Shown here piece after piece: positions 29,442 through 38,799 of a stretch of 64,000 nucleotides of DNA. The notes beneath the pieces were generated by a model, which was given only the letters and a program-made list of their open reading frames with translations, had not been told where the DNA came from and searched no databases. The first letter of the stretch is position 1. Every line of letters starts with the position of its first letter. The DNA comes from a virus. Lineage: Duplodnaviria > Caudoviricetes. Made by a program: the position numbers and the translations under genes. The stretch is from IMG/VR virus record IMGVR_UViG_3300042386_001493, positions 22,252 to 86,251 of that record; one strand, given 5' to 3'.

Positions 29442-31823
29442 TTAGGCTTCTATAAGCGTCTTATGCACCTTTACTGTTGTCTCGTCTGATGCCGTTACAA
29501 GTAGTCTAACATTTCCGCCTGAGTAATCTGCATTAGTTGTTCCTAAAGATGCTGCTGCATTGATTACATCTGCGTATTCTGTAAGAGCAACGTTGTTGCC
29601 TCCGTCTACGTTAACAAGGATTTCTATGGTTTGAATTTCTGTACCCTTTTTCATTTGTACTAAATATTTAGCACTTGAGTATGTGGTTGCTGACCAAGAG
29701 TCAACTACGGTTGCAGTTCCACTTGTAAGTGCTTGTGTAGCAGTTCCAATTAATGCATCTGTCAGTGTAAGCGATGTTGCAGTTGCTGCACCAATGTTTG
29801 GAGTTGTAAGTGTTGGAGAGGTGCCAAATACTAGAGCGCCAGACCCTGTTTCGTCAGAGATTACTGATGCTAGTTCTGTTGAAGTGGTTGCTGCAAAAAC
29901 GTCCAATTTGTTGTTTGTAAGAGCAACAGTACCTGTAGCATCTGGAAGAGTAATTGTTCTGTCTGCAGTTGGATCAGTTACTGTAATAGTTGTTTCATGG
30001 TCGTTTGCTGTAGCACCTTCAAGAACGATACTTCCGTCTGAAAGGGTAAGTCCTGAAATTGTTGGTGATGTTAGAGTTTTGTTTGTTAAAGTGTCCGTTG
30101 AAGAGGTAGTGACAACATTAACACCTTCAACAGCAATAACACCTGCTGAAACTCTTGAAATTGTTGTGTCTGTAGCATGGCCTAACTCAACAGTTCCTAC
30201 ACCTAAAGCGGTGGAAGTTGAAGCAACTAATCCACTAATCGGTAAGCCAGTTGCATTTGTTAAAGTTCCTGATGCTGGAGTTCCAAGTGCTGGAGTAGTT
30301 AGTGTTGGCGATGTGAGAGTTTTATTTGTAAGGGTTTGTGTATCTGTTAATGTTACTACAGTTGAATCAATATCAAGAGTGTTTCCAGTCTTGTCTAATC
30401 CTGTACCCGCAACAATTTGTCCAAGACCAGTAAACTGAGTAAAGGTAAGTGCTGTAGTTCCAACTGTAATTGCACCATCGTTAGTTAATACATAACCTTG
30501 ATCAGCGTTTACAGTTCCTTCTTCTACGAATACCGCAAAATTTGAAGTAAGTTCAGCACCTTCATCACAATCTTGTGCACGATCTGGATTACCAAATGGT
30601 CGAACTATATAAATACCGTTTTCTGAAGCAGTTGATTGATTCTTAACAAGAATACGCTCATTAACAACAAGAGTTACTCCGTCAATAACATCTCCATTGT
30701 TAAGATCACTGAAAAGGTTAACGTTTGCAGTTGTTGCTGCACGTACTGATGGTTTCCAGTCAATACCTACAACTGCTGTATCAACATAACCTTTTGTTGC
30801 TGCATCTGATGAATCAGTTGGTGTACCAAGACCTGTAATCTTGTAAGTTGCCATACTGACGTTGCCAGTTGGTGCTCCAACAGCGCTTAGTGCAAACTCT
30901 GAAGGGTCTACAGAAATTGCGCCTGTTGAATCATCATAGTCAAGACCATTTCCTACAACAGTTCCAATTGCATCTTGTGCTCTTTCGTCTGTGAAGTATT
31001 TGTTTGTTGAACCTTCTGCAATATCGTCAGATCCAAGAGTACGTGAACCACCAAGAGATGTTGATGTACCGTTAATAGTAATTGCTGAGTTTGATAGTTT
31101 ATCGTTTGCAATTGATCCTGCAAGCATTGTGTTTGTTACAGAACCTGTATCTCCAGTTGTTACAACAGTTCCAGTTACGTCTGGAAGAGTAATTGTACGG
31201 TCTGCTGTAGGGTTTGTTACTGTAAGAGTTGTCTCGTTAGCATCTGCTGATGAACCTTCAAAAACAATGCTTGAATCTGAAAGTGCAAGTCCTGAAACCA
31301 CTGGGCTTGTAAGAGTCTTATTTGTAAGTGTTTCAGTTCCTGCAAGAGTTGCAAAGTCTTGATCTGTTAGTGCTGTATTAAACTCTGCAATAGTTCCTGT
31401 AATTGTGTTTGTAGTTAGTGAAACCGATTTGTTTGTAAGTGTATCAGTTGTGTCTTTAAGAACTACCGTTCCAGTTGCATTTGGAAGTGTAATTGTTCTA
31501 TCTTCAGTTGGATCGGTTACTTGAAGGGTAGTTTCAAAGTCATTTGCAGTTGCACCTTCAAATGAAACGCTTGCTTGAAATACTCCAACTGGTTGTGTTT
31601 CTTTCCAGGCAATTCCATTTGTTGCTTGATCGTCTGCTGTAAGCACATAGTTATTTGTTCCAACTGCTAGACGAGTTACTGCATCTGCACCAGATGCAAC
31701 TAGTAAATCACCTTTTGCGTCTACTAATGCTTCTGTTAATATATCGTGGTTGTTTACAGTTGCAGTTGATCCTTCAACTACTAGTCCCGCTTTTACTCTA
31801 AAATCTTTTGTTACGGTTGCCAT
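29442..31823 (-). CDS. Tail fibre protein
   Basis: [10 protein letters not shown]-terminus, three EGxxAxxxETTLxVTxPTxDRTITLPxxTGTV repeats, repeated [10 protein letters not shown]. Confidence 0.75.
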   Translation of the reverse strand: MATVTKDFRVKAGLVVEGSTATVNNHDILTEALVDAKGDLLVASGADAVTRLAVGTNNYVLTADDQATNGIAWKETQPVGVFQASVSFEGATANDFETTLQVTDPTEDRTITLPNATGTVVLKDTTDTLTNKSVSLTTNTITGTIAEFNTALTDQDFATLAGTETLTNKTLTSPVVSGLALSDSSIVFEGSSADANETTLTVTNPTADRTITLPDVTGTVVTTGDTGSVTNTMLAGSIANDKLSNSAITINGTSTSLGGSRTLGSDDIAEGSTNKYFTDERAQDAIGTVVGNGLDYDDSTGAISVDPSEFALSAVGAPTGNVSMATYKITGLGTPTDSSDAATKGYVDTAVVGIDWKPSVRAATTANVNLFSDLNNGDVIDGVTLVVNERILVKNQSTASENGIYIVRPFGNPDRAQDCDEGAELTSNFAVFVEEGTVNADQGYVLTNDGAITVGTTALTFTQFTGLGQIVAGTGLDKTGNTLDIDSTVVTLTDTQTLTNKTLTSPTLTTPALGTPASGTLTNATGLPISGLVASTSTALGVGTVELGHATDTTISRVSAGVIAVEGVNVVTTSSTDTLTNKTLTSPTISGLTLSDGSIVLEGATANDHETTITVTDPTADRTITLPDATGTVALTNNKLDVFAATTSTELASVISDETGSGALVFGTSPTLTTPNIGAATATSLTLTDALIGTATQALTSGTATVVDSWSATTYSSAKYLVQMKKGTEIQTIEILVNVDGGNNVALTEYADVINAAASLGTTNADYSGGNVRLLVTASDETTVKVHKTLIEA

Positions 31824-31838
31824 CTTATATCTCCTTGG

Positions 31839-32285
31839 TTAGGCCTTTAATCCCATACGCATGTAGCGTAGGGTTATAGGTGTAATTCCCCCTACTGGAA
31901 CAACAGTTAGTGAAACTGTGTCTCCAGCCCTTGAAACAGAGATGGTGCCAATATTCCCATCATTGTCAATTGTTGCATACTGAGTAAAGTTAACATCTGT
32001 ACCGTCAATCAGAATGCTAAGTTCTGTAGAAAAGTACTTGTTAGCCCCACCTACCACATATTTGAGTGAGATCATATATTTCATTGATCTAAACTCGCTT
32101 GCTAAAAAGTTATCAAAAACCGTTGGGTTTTCAATTCCATTAATTGTTGACTCGTTATTACCATCTGATCCAAGATCGGTAGACCTAGCAGAAGTACTAT
32201 CAATTAAGTCTATATAGTTTTGTTCCGTTGGTCTATCACCTGTTTGAAACAGGGCTTTTACATTGGTGGTTGATATCTTTGCCAT
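31839..32285 (-). CDS. Fibre-associated structural protein
   Basis: K..FQTGDRPT...Y.DLIDS N-terminus; C-terminal domain resembles that of 29442..31823. Confidence 0.55.
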   Translation of the reverse strand: MAKISTTNVKALFQTGDRPTEQNYIDLIDSTSARSTDLGSDGNNESTINGIENPTVFDNFLASEFRSMKYMISLKYVVGGANKYFSTELSILIDGTDVNFTQYATIDNDGNIGTISVSRAGDTVSLTVVPVGGITPITLRYMRMGLKA

Positions 32286-32305
32286 AGGTCTATTATAGCA
32301 TTATG

Positions 32306-32566
32306 TTAAAGAATATAGTTAGAAAAACCAATCATCTGAACACCAATTACTGGTGGATTGTTTGGGCTATAGCCTTGAATGCCAATATTGGTTATGCTTA
32401 GTCTAAATGGAAGAATTTCTGTTAATATAACTACCTTCGAATAATTGACTAATGCAACAGGATTTGATGCTGGCTTAATGTCTGAAATTGCTATTGTTGG
32501 AGAAATTGTTGCTGCTGAAACTAATACCGCTAAAGCAATACCTTGGGAAATCGAGGTTGTTGCCAT
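32306..32566 (-). CDS. Hypothetical protein
   Basis: 86 aa, coupled to the upstream gene by TAATG. Confidence 0.5.
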   Translation of the reverse strand: MATTSISQGIALAVLVSAATISPTIAISDIKPASNPVALVNYSKVVILTEILPFRLSITNIGIQGYSPNNPPVIGVQMIGFSNYIL

Positions 32567-33012
32567 TATGAATCCTGATCTGTTACTTCACCAAGCATAA
32601 TCATTTCGCCTTGACATACTGTCCAAATACGATCATTGTCTGTTAGTTGAATATCAAAAACATCTCCAGTTCTTAACTGTTTTGATTGTACTGCAGATAC
32701 CGTTACTGTAAATTCTCCTGGATCATCAAACTCTGTTGCATAAGGATAGACTGTAAATAATAAATCATCTCCGACATCGTCTGAATACCTTCTAAAATCT
32801 CCTTTTATGTCCCAACCAGTGATATCTCCACTTTCATCATTTGTATAATCTAAAGGATTTCCTAAATCATCTTCTACGTAAATTCTAAAAGATATAGTAT
32901 CTCCTATTACAGCAGTCCAGTTAATTAATGGTGGCTTATTGCCAAGGTTATATACTGAAGGTGTTGTTACATTTGTAATTGAACTTTCATCAGGGTTTCT
33001 ATATGTAGCCAT
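32566..33012 (-). CDS. Beta-sandwich fibre-attachment-like protein
   Basis: W..V.GDT...., FDIQL, WTV.QG; similar to 40155..40496 and 40629..41030. Confidence 0.5.
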   Translation of the reverse strand: MATYRNPDESSITNVTTPSVYNLGNKPPLINWTAVIGDTISFRIYVEDDLGNPLDYTNDESGDITGWDIKGDFRRYSDDVGDDLLFTVYPYATEFDDPGEFTVTVSAVQSKQLRTGDVFDIQLTDNDRIWTVCQGEMIMLGEVTDQDS

Positions 33013-33027
33013 TATTTAATTATACCA

Positions 33028-33549
33028 TTAAGCAAGTCCATTTTTTAATGCCCCCCATGTTCCGTTGCCCTTTGGTTGACCAACAATCAATATTCCAGTA
33101 GTTGCATTAGATTTTGCTACTACTGCTACCGCTCCAGAACCAGTTGCTGGTTGTGTTGCTGTTAATCCTCCACCATCTGCTACATAAAGAACATTGCCAG
33201 CAGTAAATGAATTTGTATTTGCATCAAGGATTACACCAGAAATAGTAACAACGCCATCTGTATTATTTCCAATTGCAGAACTTGTTAGTCCTAATACTGG
33301 AAATGTGGCAATGTTATCAGAGTCACATTTTCCTATTGTTGTTTTTGTATTAAATCCAGTAACAAAAACTGGTGTTGCTTTTGCAATACTTGCACCACTT
33401 ACATTTCTAACCTCTATTGTATGATTTACAAGATCAGGAAGAATTAATTCAATTTGTTCCGCTAAGTCTTGCAAATCTTCATGAATGTTTACTGGATCGC
33501 TAGAAAGCGGAAAGGGAATATCATAATTTGCGGTTGCACCAGTAGCCAT
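33028..33549 (-). CDS. Minor structural / fibre protein
   Basis: YDIPFPLSSDPVN N-terminal anchor followed by a short Gly/Thr-rich beta domain. Confidence 0.5.
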   Translation of the reverse strand: MATGATANYDIPFPLSSDPVNIHEDLQDLAEQIELILPDLVNHTIEVRNVSGASIAKATPVFVTGFNTKTTIGKCDSDNIATFPVLGLTSSAIGNNTDGVVTISGVILDANTNSFTAGNVLYVADGGGLTATQPATGSGAVAVVAKSNATTGILIVGQPKGNGTWGALKNGLA

Positions 33550-33614
33550 AATCTTATTATTATACCACTTCCTAAAGCAATATTTTTAATAAATGTGCGG
33601 GTATATTGATAAAG

Positions 33615-33644
33615 TTGACTTTAATCCCTAAATCATGTTATAAT
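33615..33644 (+). promoter_or_regulatory. Sigma-A type promoter for the transglycosylase gene
   Basis: TTGACT, then TGT-TATAAT extended -10. Confidence 0.65.
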
Positions 33645-33691
33645 TAATATACTACCGAAAGGTAGTTTTTGTTTCTAAGGAGGTAACACTA

Positions 33692-34243
33692 ATGAGAAAC
33701 ATTGAAAAGAAGGTTTGGTTGGGGTTACTATCTATTGTTGGTTTGGTTGCGCCTTTTAGCAATTCTGCTAATGCTTTAGATAATAATTTATTGACTAAAC
33801 CCTCCGTTGAAGCCGTTCCAGCCCCTACAGGGGCTTTTCTGGTTTCTAAGGAGAGTATATTAAAAAAATATGAAAATGCTCATAAATTAACTGATAGCCA
33901 GTTAGTTGACCTATTGAAGGCTATAGGGTTTAAAGGTGATAAATTAAGAACAGCATGTGCAATTGCAAAGGCTGAATCTAATGGAAGACCTTTTGCTTTT
34001 AATGGCAACTCAGAAACTGGAGATAGTTCTTATGGAGTATTTCAAATAAATATGATAGGAAAACTGGGTCCTGATCGTAGAGAAAAATTCGATCTTGACT
34101 CTAACGTTGAATTATTTAACCCAGTTACTAATTCACAAATAACATTTCACATGACTAAGGGTGGTAAAGATTGGTCAGCATGGAGTTCTGTGAATGGACC
34201 ACGGTATCAAGAATGGTACAGCAAGTATCCTTGTAAAGTCTAA
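33692..34243 (+). CDS. Secreted lysozyme-like lytic transglycosylase (SLT-type)
   Basis: N-terminal signal peptide ending ANA; AIAKAESNG (catalytic Glu), SYGVFQIN, LFNP..N, DWSAW. Confidence 0.85.
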   Translation: MRNIEKKVWLGLLSIVGLVAPFSNSANALDNNLLTKPSVEAVPAPTGAFLVSKESILKKYENAHKLTDSQLVDLLKAIGFKGDKLRTACAIAKAESNGRPFAFNGNSETGDSSYGVFQINMIGKLGPDRREKFDLDSNVELFNPVTNSQITFHMTKGGKDWSAWSSVNGPRYQEWYSKYPCKV

Positions 34244-34253
34244 TAATTAAAAT

Positions 34254-34290
34254 ACCCTCCTTGCTTTTGGCTTGGAGGGTTTTTTATTTT
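34254..34290 (+). terminator. Intrinsic terminator
   Basis: ACCCTCC...GGAGGGT stem followed by a T-tract, between convergent genes. Confidence 0.7.
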
Positions 34291-34326
34291 AAACATTAAA
34301 CATTTTATTGTAAATATAGGTTTAGT

Positions 34327-34917
34327 CTATTCGTGTTTTTTAATACTTGCTCTAATTTCTTTTTCAAATATATTATATTTAGTAGGAATCCAAAAAGACG
34401 GAGTTGTGTATCTTACGCCTTTAGTTATTTCACGCACACCATGTATGTACATAGTATTTGATGGGAAAAAAACTAATGTTCCAGCCTTGGGCTTAAACTC
34501 TAGTTTGTGATCTGGAAAATATATTTCTCCACCTTCATAGTCATCATTTAAATATATAACAGCCCCATAATCAACTATAAATGCTTCATTTGGATGCCCC
34601 TCTGGATCTTCTCCATCTGCATGTAATGGTTGATACTCTCCTACATCCCATCTTCTTATTCCAGCAGAATTAGTTTCAAGTGGTCTGCCAAAATGAAACT
34701 CAATCTCTTTTTGTACCCTATTAATTGCATTTAATAAAATTTTATGAATCTCTGGTTTTTCTTTATGAAGTTTTTCTGTAACTTTGTCTGGTATGCCAGC
34801 CATTGAATTAGATCCCCAAGAAATTGAATCATCAATTGAAGATAAAATCAAGTCTAAGTCTTCTTTAGAAATAAAGTTTTCTTTAATAACTATATTTTTT
34901 GTTGATCCTATTTTCAT
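34327..34917 (-). CDS. 2OG-Fe(II) oxygenase, prolyl-4-hydroxylase-like
   Basis: HAD...YLNDDYEGGEIYF...HGV...RYT. Confidence 0.88.
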   Translation of the reverse strand: MKIGSTKNIVIKENFISKEDLDLILSSIDDSISWGSNSMAGIPDKVTEKLHKEKPEIHKILLNAINRVQKEIEFHFGRPLETNSAGIRRWDVGEYQPLHADGEDPEGHPNEAFIVDYGAVIYLNDDYEGGEIYFPDHKLEFKPKAGTLVFFPSNTMYIHGVREITKGVRYTTPSFWIPTKYNIFEKEIRASIKKHE

Positions 34918-34930
34918 TATATTTCTCCTT

Positions 34931-35086
34931 AGTTAGGTAATTTATATTGTTCTGCTATTTCTTTTGCTTTGTCAAAATTTGATACATCAATCATTGAATA
35001 TAAAACATAGCACAACCATTGGTAAGATGATTTCTCACAATACCCTTTTGATTGCATTGTTTTAGCAATGTCTTCTATAATTTCCA
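34931..35086 (-). CDS. Small hypothetical protein (~51 aa)
   Basis: MEIIEDIAKTMQSKGYCEK... fills the gap between two oxygenase genes; not in the ORF track. Confidence 0.5.
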
Positions 35087-35608
35087 TTATTTATATTCCA
35101 TAAACAAATTAATGGCATATCTAGTTCCTGAAATAACACTATGTGCTACGTGTGCATATGGGTAGTTAGAAGGAAATAAAACCATTGAATTTTTTATTGG
35201 TTTTTCTTTAATTCCAAAATTAACAAACTCTATTTCTCCGCCCTCATAACTATCGTTTAAATAAATAACACAACTTGTTACCCTATTTGATACATGTTTA
35301 GATCCATCATCATAATGCATAACATATTTTTGATTAGGCTCATACTTTAATGCCTCTATTGTAAAGTATGTTAATTCTGGTAAATAATACATATTCCTAT
35401 ATTGTCCTAAAAATTTATCTATTCCGCTTTGTACAATATTAAAAATTTTTTCATACTTTTCTTTATCGTTAAAATATATAACAGAGTTAGACCTATCTTC
35501 TACTTTAACATTTTCTGGCTTAGACCATTCATACTTATTTATTTCTTCTATTAGCATTTCTGGATTTTCTAAAACATCATAATAAAATTCTATACCATTT
35601 TTAGACAT
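35087..35608 (-). CDS. 2OG-Fe(II) oxygenase, prolyl-4-hydroxylase-like
   Basis: HYD...YLNDSYEGGEIEF...FPSNYPYAH...RYA. Probable start MSKNG at 35608. Confidence 0.88.
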   Translation of the reverse strand: MSKNGIEFYYDVLENPEMLIEEINKYEWSKPENVKVEDRSNSVIYFNDKEKYEKIFNIVQSGIDKFLGQYRNMYYLPELTYFTIEALKYEPNQKYVMHYDDGSKHVSNRVTSCVIYLNDSYEGGEIEFVNFGIKEKPIKNSMVLFPSNYPYAHVAHSVISGTRYAINLFMEYK

Positions 35609-36317
35609 TGCTATGCCTTTCGTCTTTTGTATAAAGTTTAATTTTTTTAACTTCATGTTCTCCAATTTTATTACCATATTGATCGGTGGCACTTCTATAA
35701 AAATCAGACCATTTTGGAATTTTATTGTTTTCTAAAATAACATTTCCATAATTTGTTAAATTTTTGTGATATTCATTTATATCGTATGGATTGTTATTTA
35801 AAGTCATTGTAGATTCATTTAAGTTAAAAAGAGATATTGGCATTACTGCCATAAAAGGTTCGTTTGCCTTAAAGGTTATTGAAACATTTGGCTTTGTAAT
35901 TTTCCAAGAAACTGGTATTGGAGAATTCCAAAAACTTGTACTAATAATATTAGTTAGTGGCGATGCTCCGTCAATAACTAGGTTTGGTGGTCCAAAAAAC
36001 AAAAGACTAACATTTGGATCTGTTTTAAAAAACCACCCAATATTAAAAATTAAGGTTGCAGTTCCTCTATTTGTATCAACAAACTCTTGTCCCTCTAAAA
36101 CCTTTATATGATTTCCTTCTTCTGTGTCGTTTCCATCCCATATTACGGTTATATCTTTTGGAAATGAGAATCCCCAACCCATTTGATTGGTTAGGGATAA
36201 TGGAAAACAGCGATATGCATGACCATCAAATGTTTTATCCATCCACTCTCTTTTTACTGGAAGTTGCTCTATCTTTGCTGCTCCCTGAAAAATTTCGTAT
36301 GCTTCAATATTATACAT
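35601..36317 (-). CDS. DUF6065-like protein
   Basis: REWMD.T....AYRCFPL...NQ.GW, GPPN, F...EPF...P. Confidence 0.7.
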   Translation of the reverse strand: MYNIEAYEIFQGAAKIEQLPVKREWMDKTFDGHAYRCFPLSLTNQMGWGFSFPKDITVIWDGNDTEEGNHIKVLEGQEFVDTNRGTATLIFNIGWFFKTDPNVSLLFFGPPNLVIDGASPLTNIISTSFWNSPIPVSWKITKPNVSITFKANEPFMAVMPISLFNLNESTMTLNNNPYDINEYHKNLTNYGNVILENNKIPKWSDFYRSATDQYGNKIGEHEVKKIKLYTKDERHSNV

Positions 36318-36983
36318 TTATGCTGTTGTTCTATTTTTTAAAATTTCATTTGCTCCGTGTGCTCGATCATTATAATCAAACATTGTCACTGCTGAATATT
36401 TTAATCCTTCTTCTACTGGAAGCGCTGCATGTGAATAAATAAAGGTAGATGGAAACAAAACAATATCTCCTTCTTCTGGTTGATAAGTATAATTTAGGTA
36501 TGGGAAAAATAATCCACCACCAACAAAGTTATCATTTAAATACATGACTGTTGAAACTGTACAAATATAACTAAAACCATGATCTGAGTGAACTCCAAAA
36601 TGGTGCCCTGGTCCATACTTTACAAAATTAACTGCTTCTTGATATCTCATTTGAATGTTATACATAGAACAATAATGGCTTAAGCATGATTGCAACCTAA
36701 CATCGATATCTTCATAAATATTTTTTAAATCTGAATTGGCTACAGATGGATTATTGGTTATATCATATTTTCTAACTTTAAAGTCTACACAATCTCGGTA
36801 ATCTTTCATTGTTTGATAGTCGCCTACTTGTGCTTCAGACCACTTAAAAAATGTATCTTTATCTTTATTATTATCGATTACACTTTCTAATCTTTCTACC
36901 AAGTTTAATGATTTATTTAAACTATTTTTGTAAATAAAAACACCATTTGCTGGATTTAAAATTTCAATATTTGTTGCTTCCAT
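36318..36983 (-). CDS. 2OG-Fe(II) oxygenase, prolyl-4-hydroxylase-like
   Basis: HSD...YLND.F.GG.L.F...FPSTFIYSH...KYS, with Lys at the 2OG-binding position. Confidence 0.88.
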   Translation of the reverse strand: MEATNIEILNPANGVFIYKNSLNKSLNLVERLESVIDNNKDKDTFFKWSEAQVGDYQTMKDYRDCVDFKVRKYDITNNPSVANSDLKNIYEDIDVRLQSCLSHYCSMYNIQMRYQEAVNFVKYGPGHHFGVHSDHGFSYICTVSTVMYLNDNFVGGGLFFPYLNYTYQPEEGDIVLFPSTFIYSHAALPVEEGLKYSAVTMFDYNDRAHGANEILKNRTTA

Positions 36984-37055
36984 AGCAGACCCCTTTTCGT
37001 TATTTTAATTATACACCATATAGAGTTTTATACGCTACTATGGTAAAATATATAG

Positions 37056-37652
37056 ATGATCAATAAAAAATCTATAATCCCGTCTGGATATTATGGCAAC
37101 TCTAAAGAAAATATAGTAATTATTAATAATTTTATATCTCATGATGATATAAAAAAAATAAAAATATTTTGCTCAGAATTAAATACCTTTATGTCTATTC
37201 CTGGAGACAATTGGGATAATCGTGTTTGCAATAACTCAATCCTTAAAGAAATTGCTCCTGATATTGAACAAATATTATCTACTTATCAAAAAAAACATAA
37301 AAAAATTATAGAAGATTTTTTTAGTATTGAATTAAAAGATAATGTGCCAAGCGTTGTTATATGGAGACAGGGTGATCTTCAACCACCACATGCAGATAAA
37401 GAAAATCTTGATGGAAGCCCAAACCTATATCCTGAAAACGACATTGCTTCCTTGTTCTATCTTAATAATGAGTATATTGGCGGAGAAATTTATTTTCCAA
37501 CACAAGGATTACAATTTAAATTAAATGCTGGAGATGCGGTATTTTTTCCAGGAGATGTTAACTATCAACATGGTGTTACTGAGGTAACTGAAGGAAAAAG
37601 ATTTACCTGTCCAGCATTTTGGAATGTTATAAAAAATAATAAAAATATTTAA
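37056..37652 (+). CDS. 2OG-Fe(II) oxygenase, prolyl-4-hydroxylase-like
   Basis: HAD...YLNNEYIGGEIYF...HGV...RFT; closest to 34327..34917; divergently oriented. Confidence 0.88.
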   Translation: MINKKSIIPSGYYGNSKENIVIINNFISHDDIKKIKIFCSELNTFMSIPGDNWDNRVCNNSILKEIAPDIEQILSTYQKKHKKIIEDFFSIELKDNVPSVVIWRQGDLQPPHADKENLDGSPNLYPENDIASLFYLNNEYIGGEIYFPTQGLQFKLNAGDAVFFPGDVNYQHGVTEVTEGKRFTCPAFWNVIKNNKNI

Positions 37653-37664
37653 TATTTTATTAAA

Positions 37665-37898
37665 TTATTCTGGTAGTGTAAAAGTATCTGTTTCTGAATT
37701 ATAAATAACTCCTGCTTGAACAATTCCACCTTCTATAGCAGTTTGACCAGTAACATCTTTAATTATAGGATTACTCATCATCATTGCATAAAATTTTTCA
37801 CTTGCTGTAATTACCTGAACAACCTCATTGTCAATTATTAAAGCAATATAAAACAAGTTATCTGGCAATGCTGGAACTTCACTATCTTCTATAGCCAT
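37665..37898 (-). CDS. Small acidic protein (possible fibre chaperone)
   Basis: 77 aa; ALIIDNEVV and G..Y....DTF motifs; downstream of the fibre tip gene. Confidence 0.45.
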   Translation of the reverse strand: MAIEDSEVPALPDNLFYIALIIDNEVVQVITASEKFYAMMMSNPIIKDVTGQTAIEGGIVQAGVIYNSETDTFTLPE

Positions 37899-37947
37899 TT
37901 TTTCTCTTTTCTGTTATATTAATTATAGCACTTATGACGCAAAGGCT

Positions 37948-38181
37948 TTACCATTTTCCAATCGGACATTTTGAAGCCTCTAGTCTTGTTTTTATTTCCA
38001 TAAAACAGCCACATTTTTTACATGTTTTTGTTAATTGTATTAATTCTGGGCAAGATATGCATATGTCTAACCTTTTATTTTTAATTTCAATATCAACCGA
38101 CTTTGTATTTGGATTTAACAAGTCAAAAGGCGTAGTTCCATATTTTTCTTTATATTGTTGCCATTTATTTTTTTCTGACAT
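37948..38181 (-). CDS. Small Cys-rich metal-binding protein (DUF6171-like)
   Basis: RL.IC..C..L.....CKKCGCFM..KT.L....CPIGKW. Confidence 0.7.
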   Translation of the reverse strand: MSEKNKWQQYKEKYGTTPFDLLNPNTKSVDIEIKNKRLDICISCPELIQLTKTCKKCGCFMEIKTRLEASKCPIGKW

Positions 38182-38199
38182 TTTTCCCCCTTTATTTTA

Positions 38200-38799
38200 T
38201 TACAAACAGAATAGGAACGTTGTACTTGTACAGACACATTGATAATCAGATGAACCGCTAGTGTATACTCCGTCAAAGTAACAATTTCCAAATACATTCA
38301 AGCATCCGCCTCCAGCAATAGCACATGGTTGTGGAGAAGGTGGTGGGAATGGTGGTGGGAATGGTGGTGGGAATGGTGGTGGGAATGGAGGTGGGAATGG
38401 AGGTGGGAATGGAGGTGGTGCTGGGAATGGCGGTGGGAATGGTGGTGGGAATGAAGGTCCAAATGATGGTGGGAATGAAGGTGCTGGTGCTGCTGGTGTA
38501 ACTGAACTAGTAGGTGATGAAAAATCAGAGTCTAAAATAGTATTATTTAACTTTACTGTAAATGTATATGCAGTTCCATTTGATAATCCAGTTACTACTA
38601 TTGGTGAACTAGATCCAGTTTGTGAAATTGAACTAGGTGATGAAACAACTGTATAAGTTAAAGAAGAATCTGGTTTACCTAAATATGTTGGTACTGTAAA
38701 TGTTACAGACGCTTGACCGTTACCAGCGGTTGCAGTTCCAATTGTTGGTGTTCCTGGTGTACGACCAGCAGAAGATAATACGGGTCCTAGTCTTGACAT
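38200..38799 (-). CDS. FN3-domain protein with (PPPF)n polyproline stalk and 6-Cys C-terminus
   Basis: PTIGTATAGNGQASVTF...VTGLSNGTAYTFTV (FN3), then PPPF repeats, then C-x6-C-x6-C...C-x-C...C. ATG 38799 overlaps the upstream stop. Confidence 0.8.
   Translation of the reverse strand: MSRLGPVLSSAGRTPGTPTIGTATAGNGQASVTFTVPTYLGKPDSSLTYTVVSSPSSISQTGSSSPIVVTGLSNGTAYTFTVKLNNTILDSDFSSPTSSVTPAAPAPSFPPSFGPSFPPPFPPPFPAPPPFPPPFPPPFPPPFPPPFPPPFPPPSPQPCAIAGGGCLNVFGNCYFDGVYTSGSSDYQCVCTSTTFLFCL
38339..38490. repeat. 12-bp tandem repeat (GGTGGGAATGGT) encoding PPPF
   Basis: About 10 imperfect copies read directly from the sequence. Confidence 0.9.

Noticed and set aside
27216-31362. Long Val-rich plus-strand ORFs (290, 251, 123 aa)
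   Set aside because: Antisense shadows of Thr-rich fibre genes.
33601-33691. c-di-AMP (ydaO) riboswitch upstream of the transglycosylase
   Set aside because: The leader is only ~40 nt with a single hairpin, too short for that aptamer.
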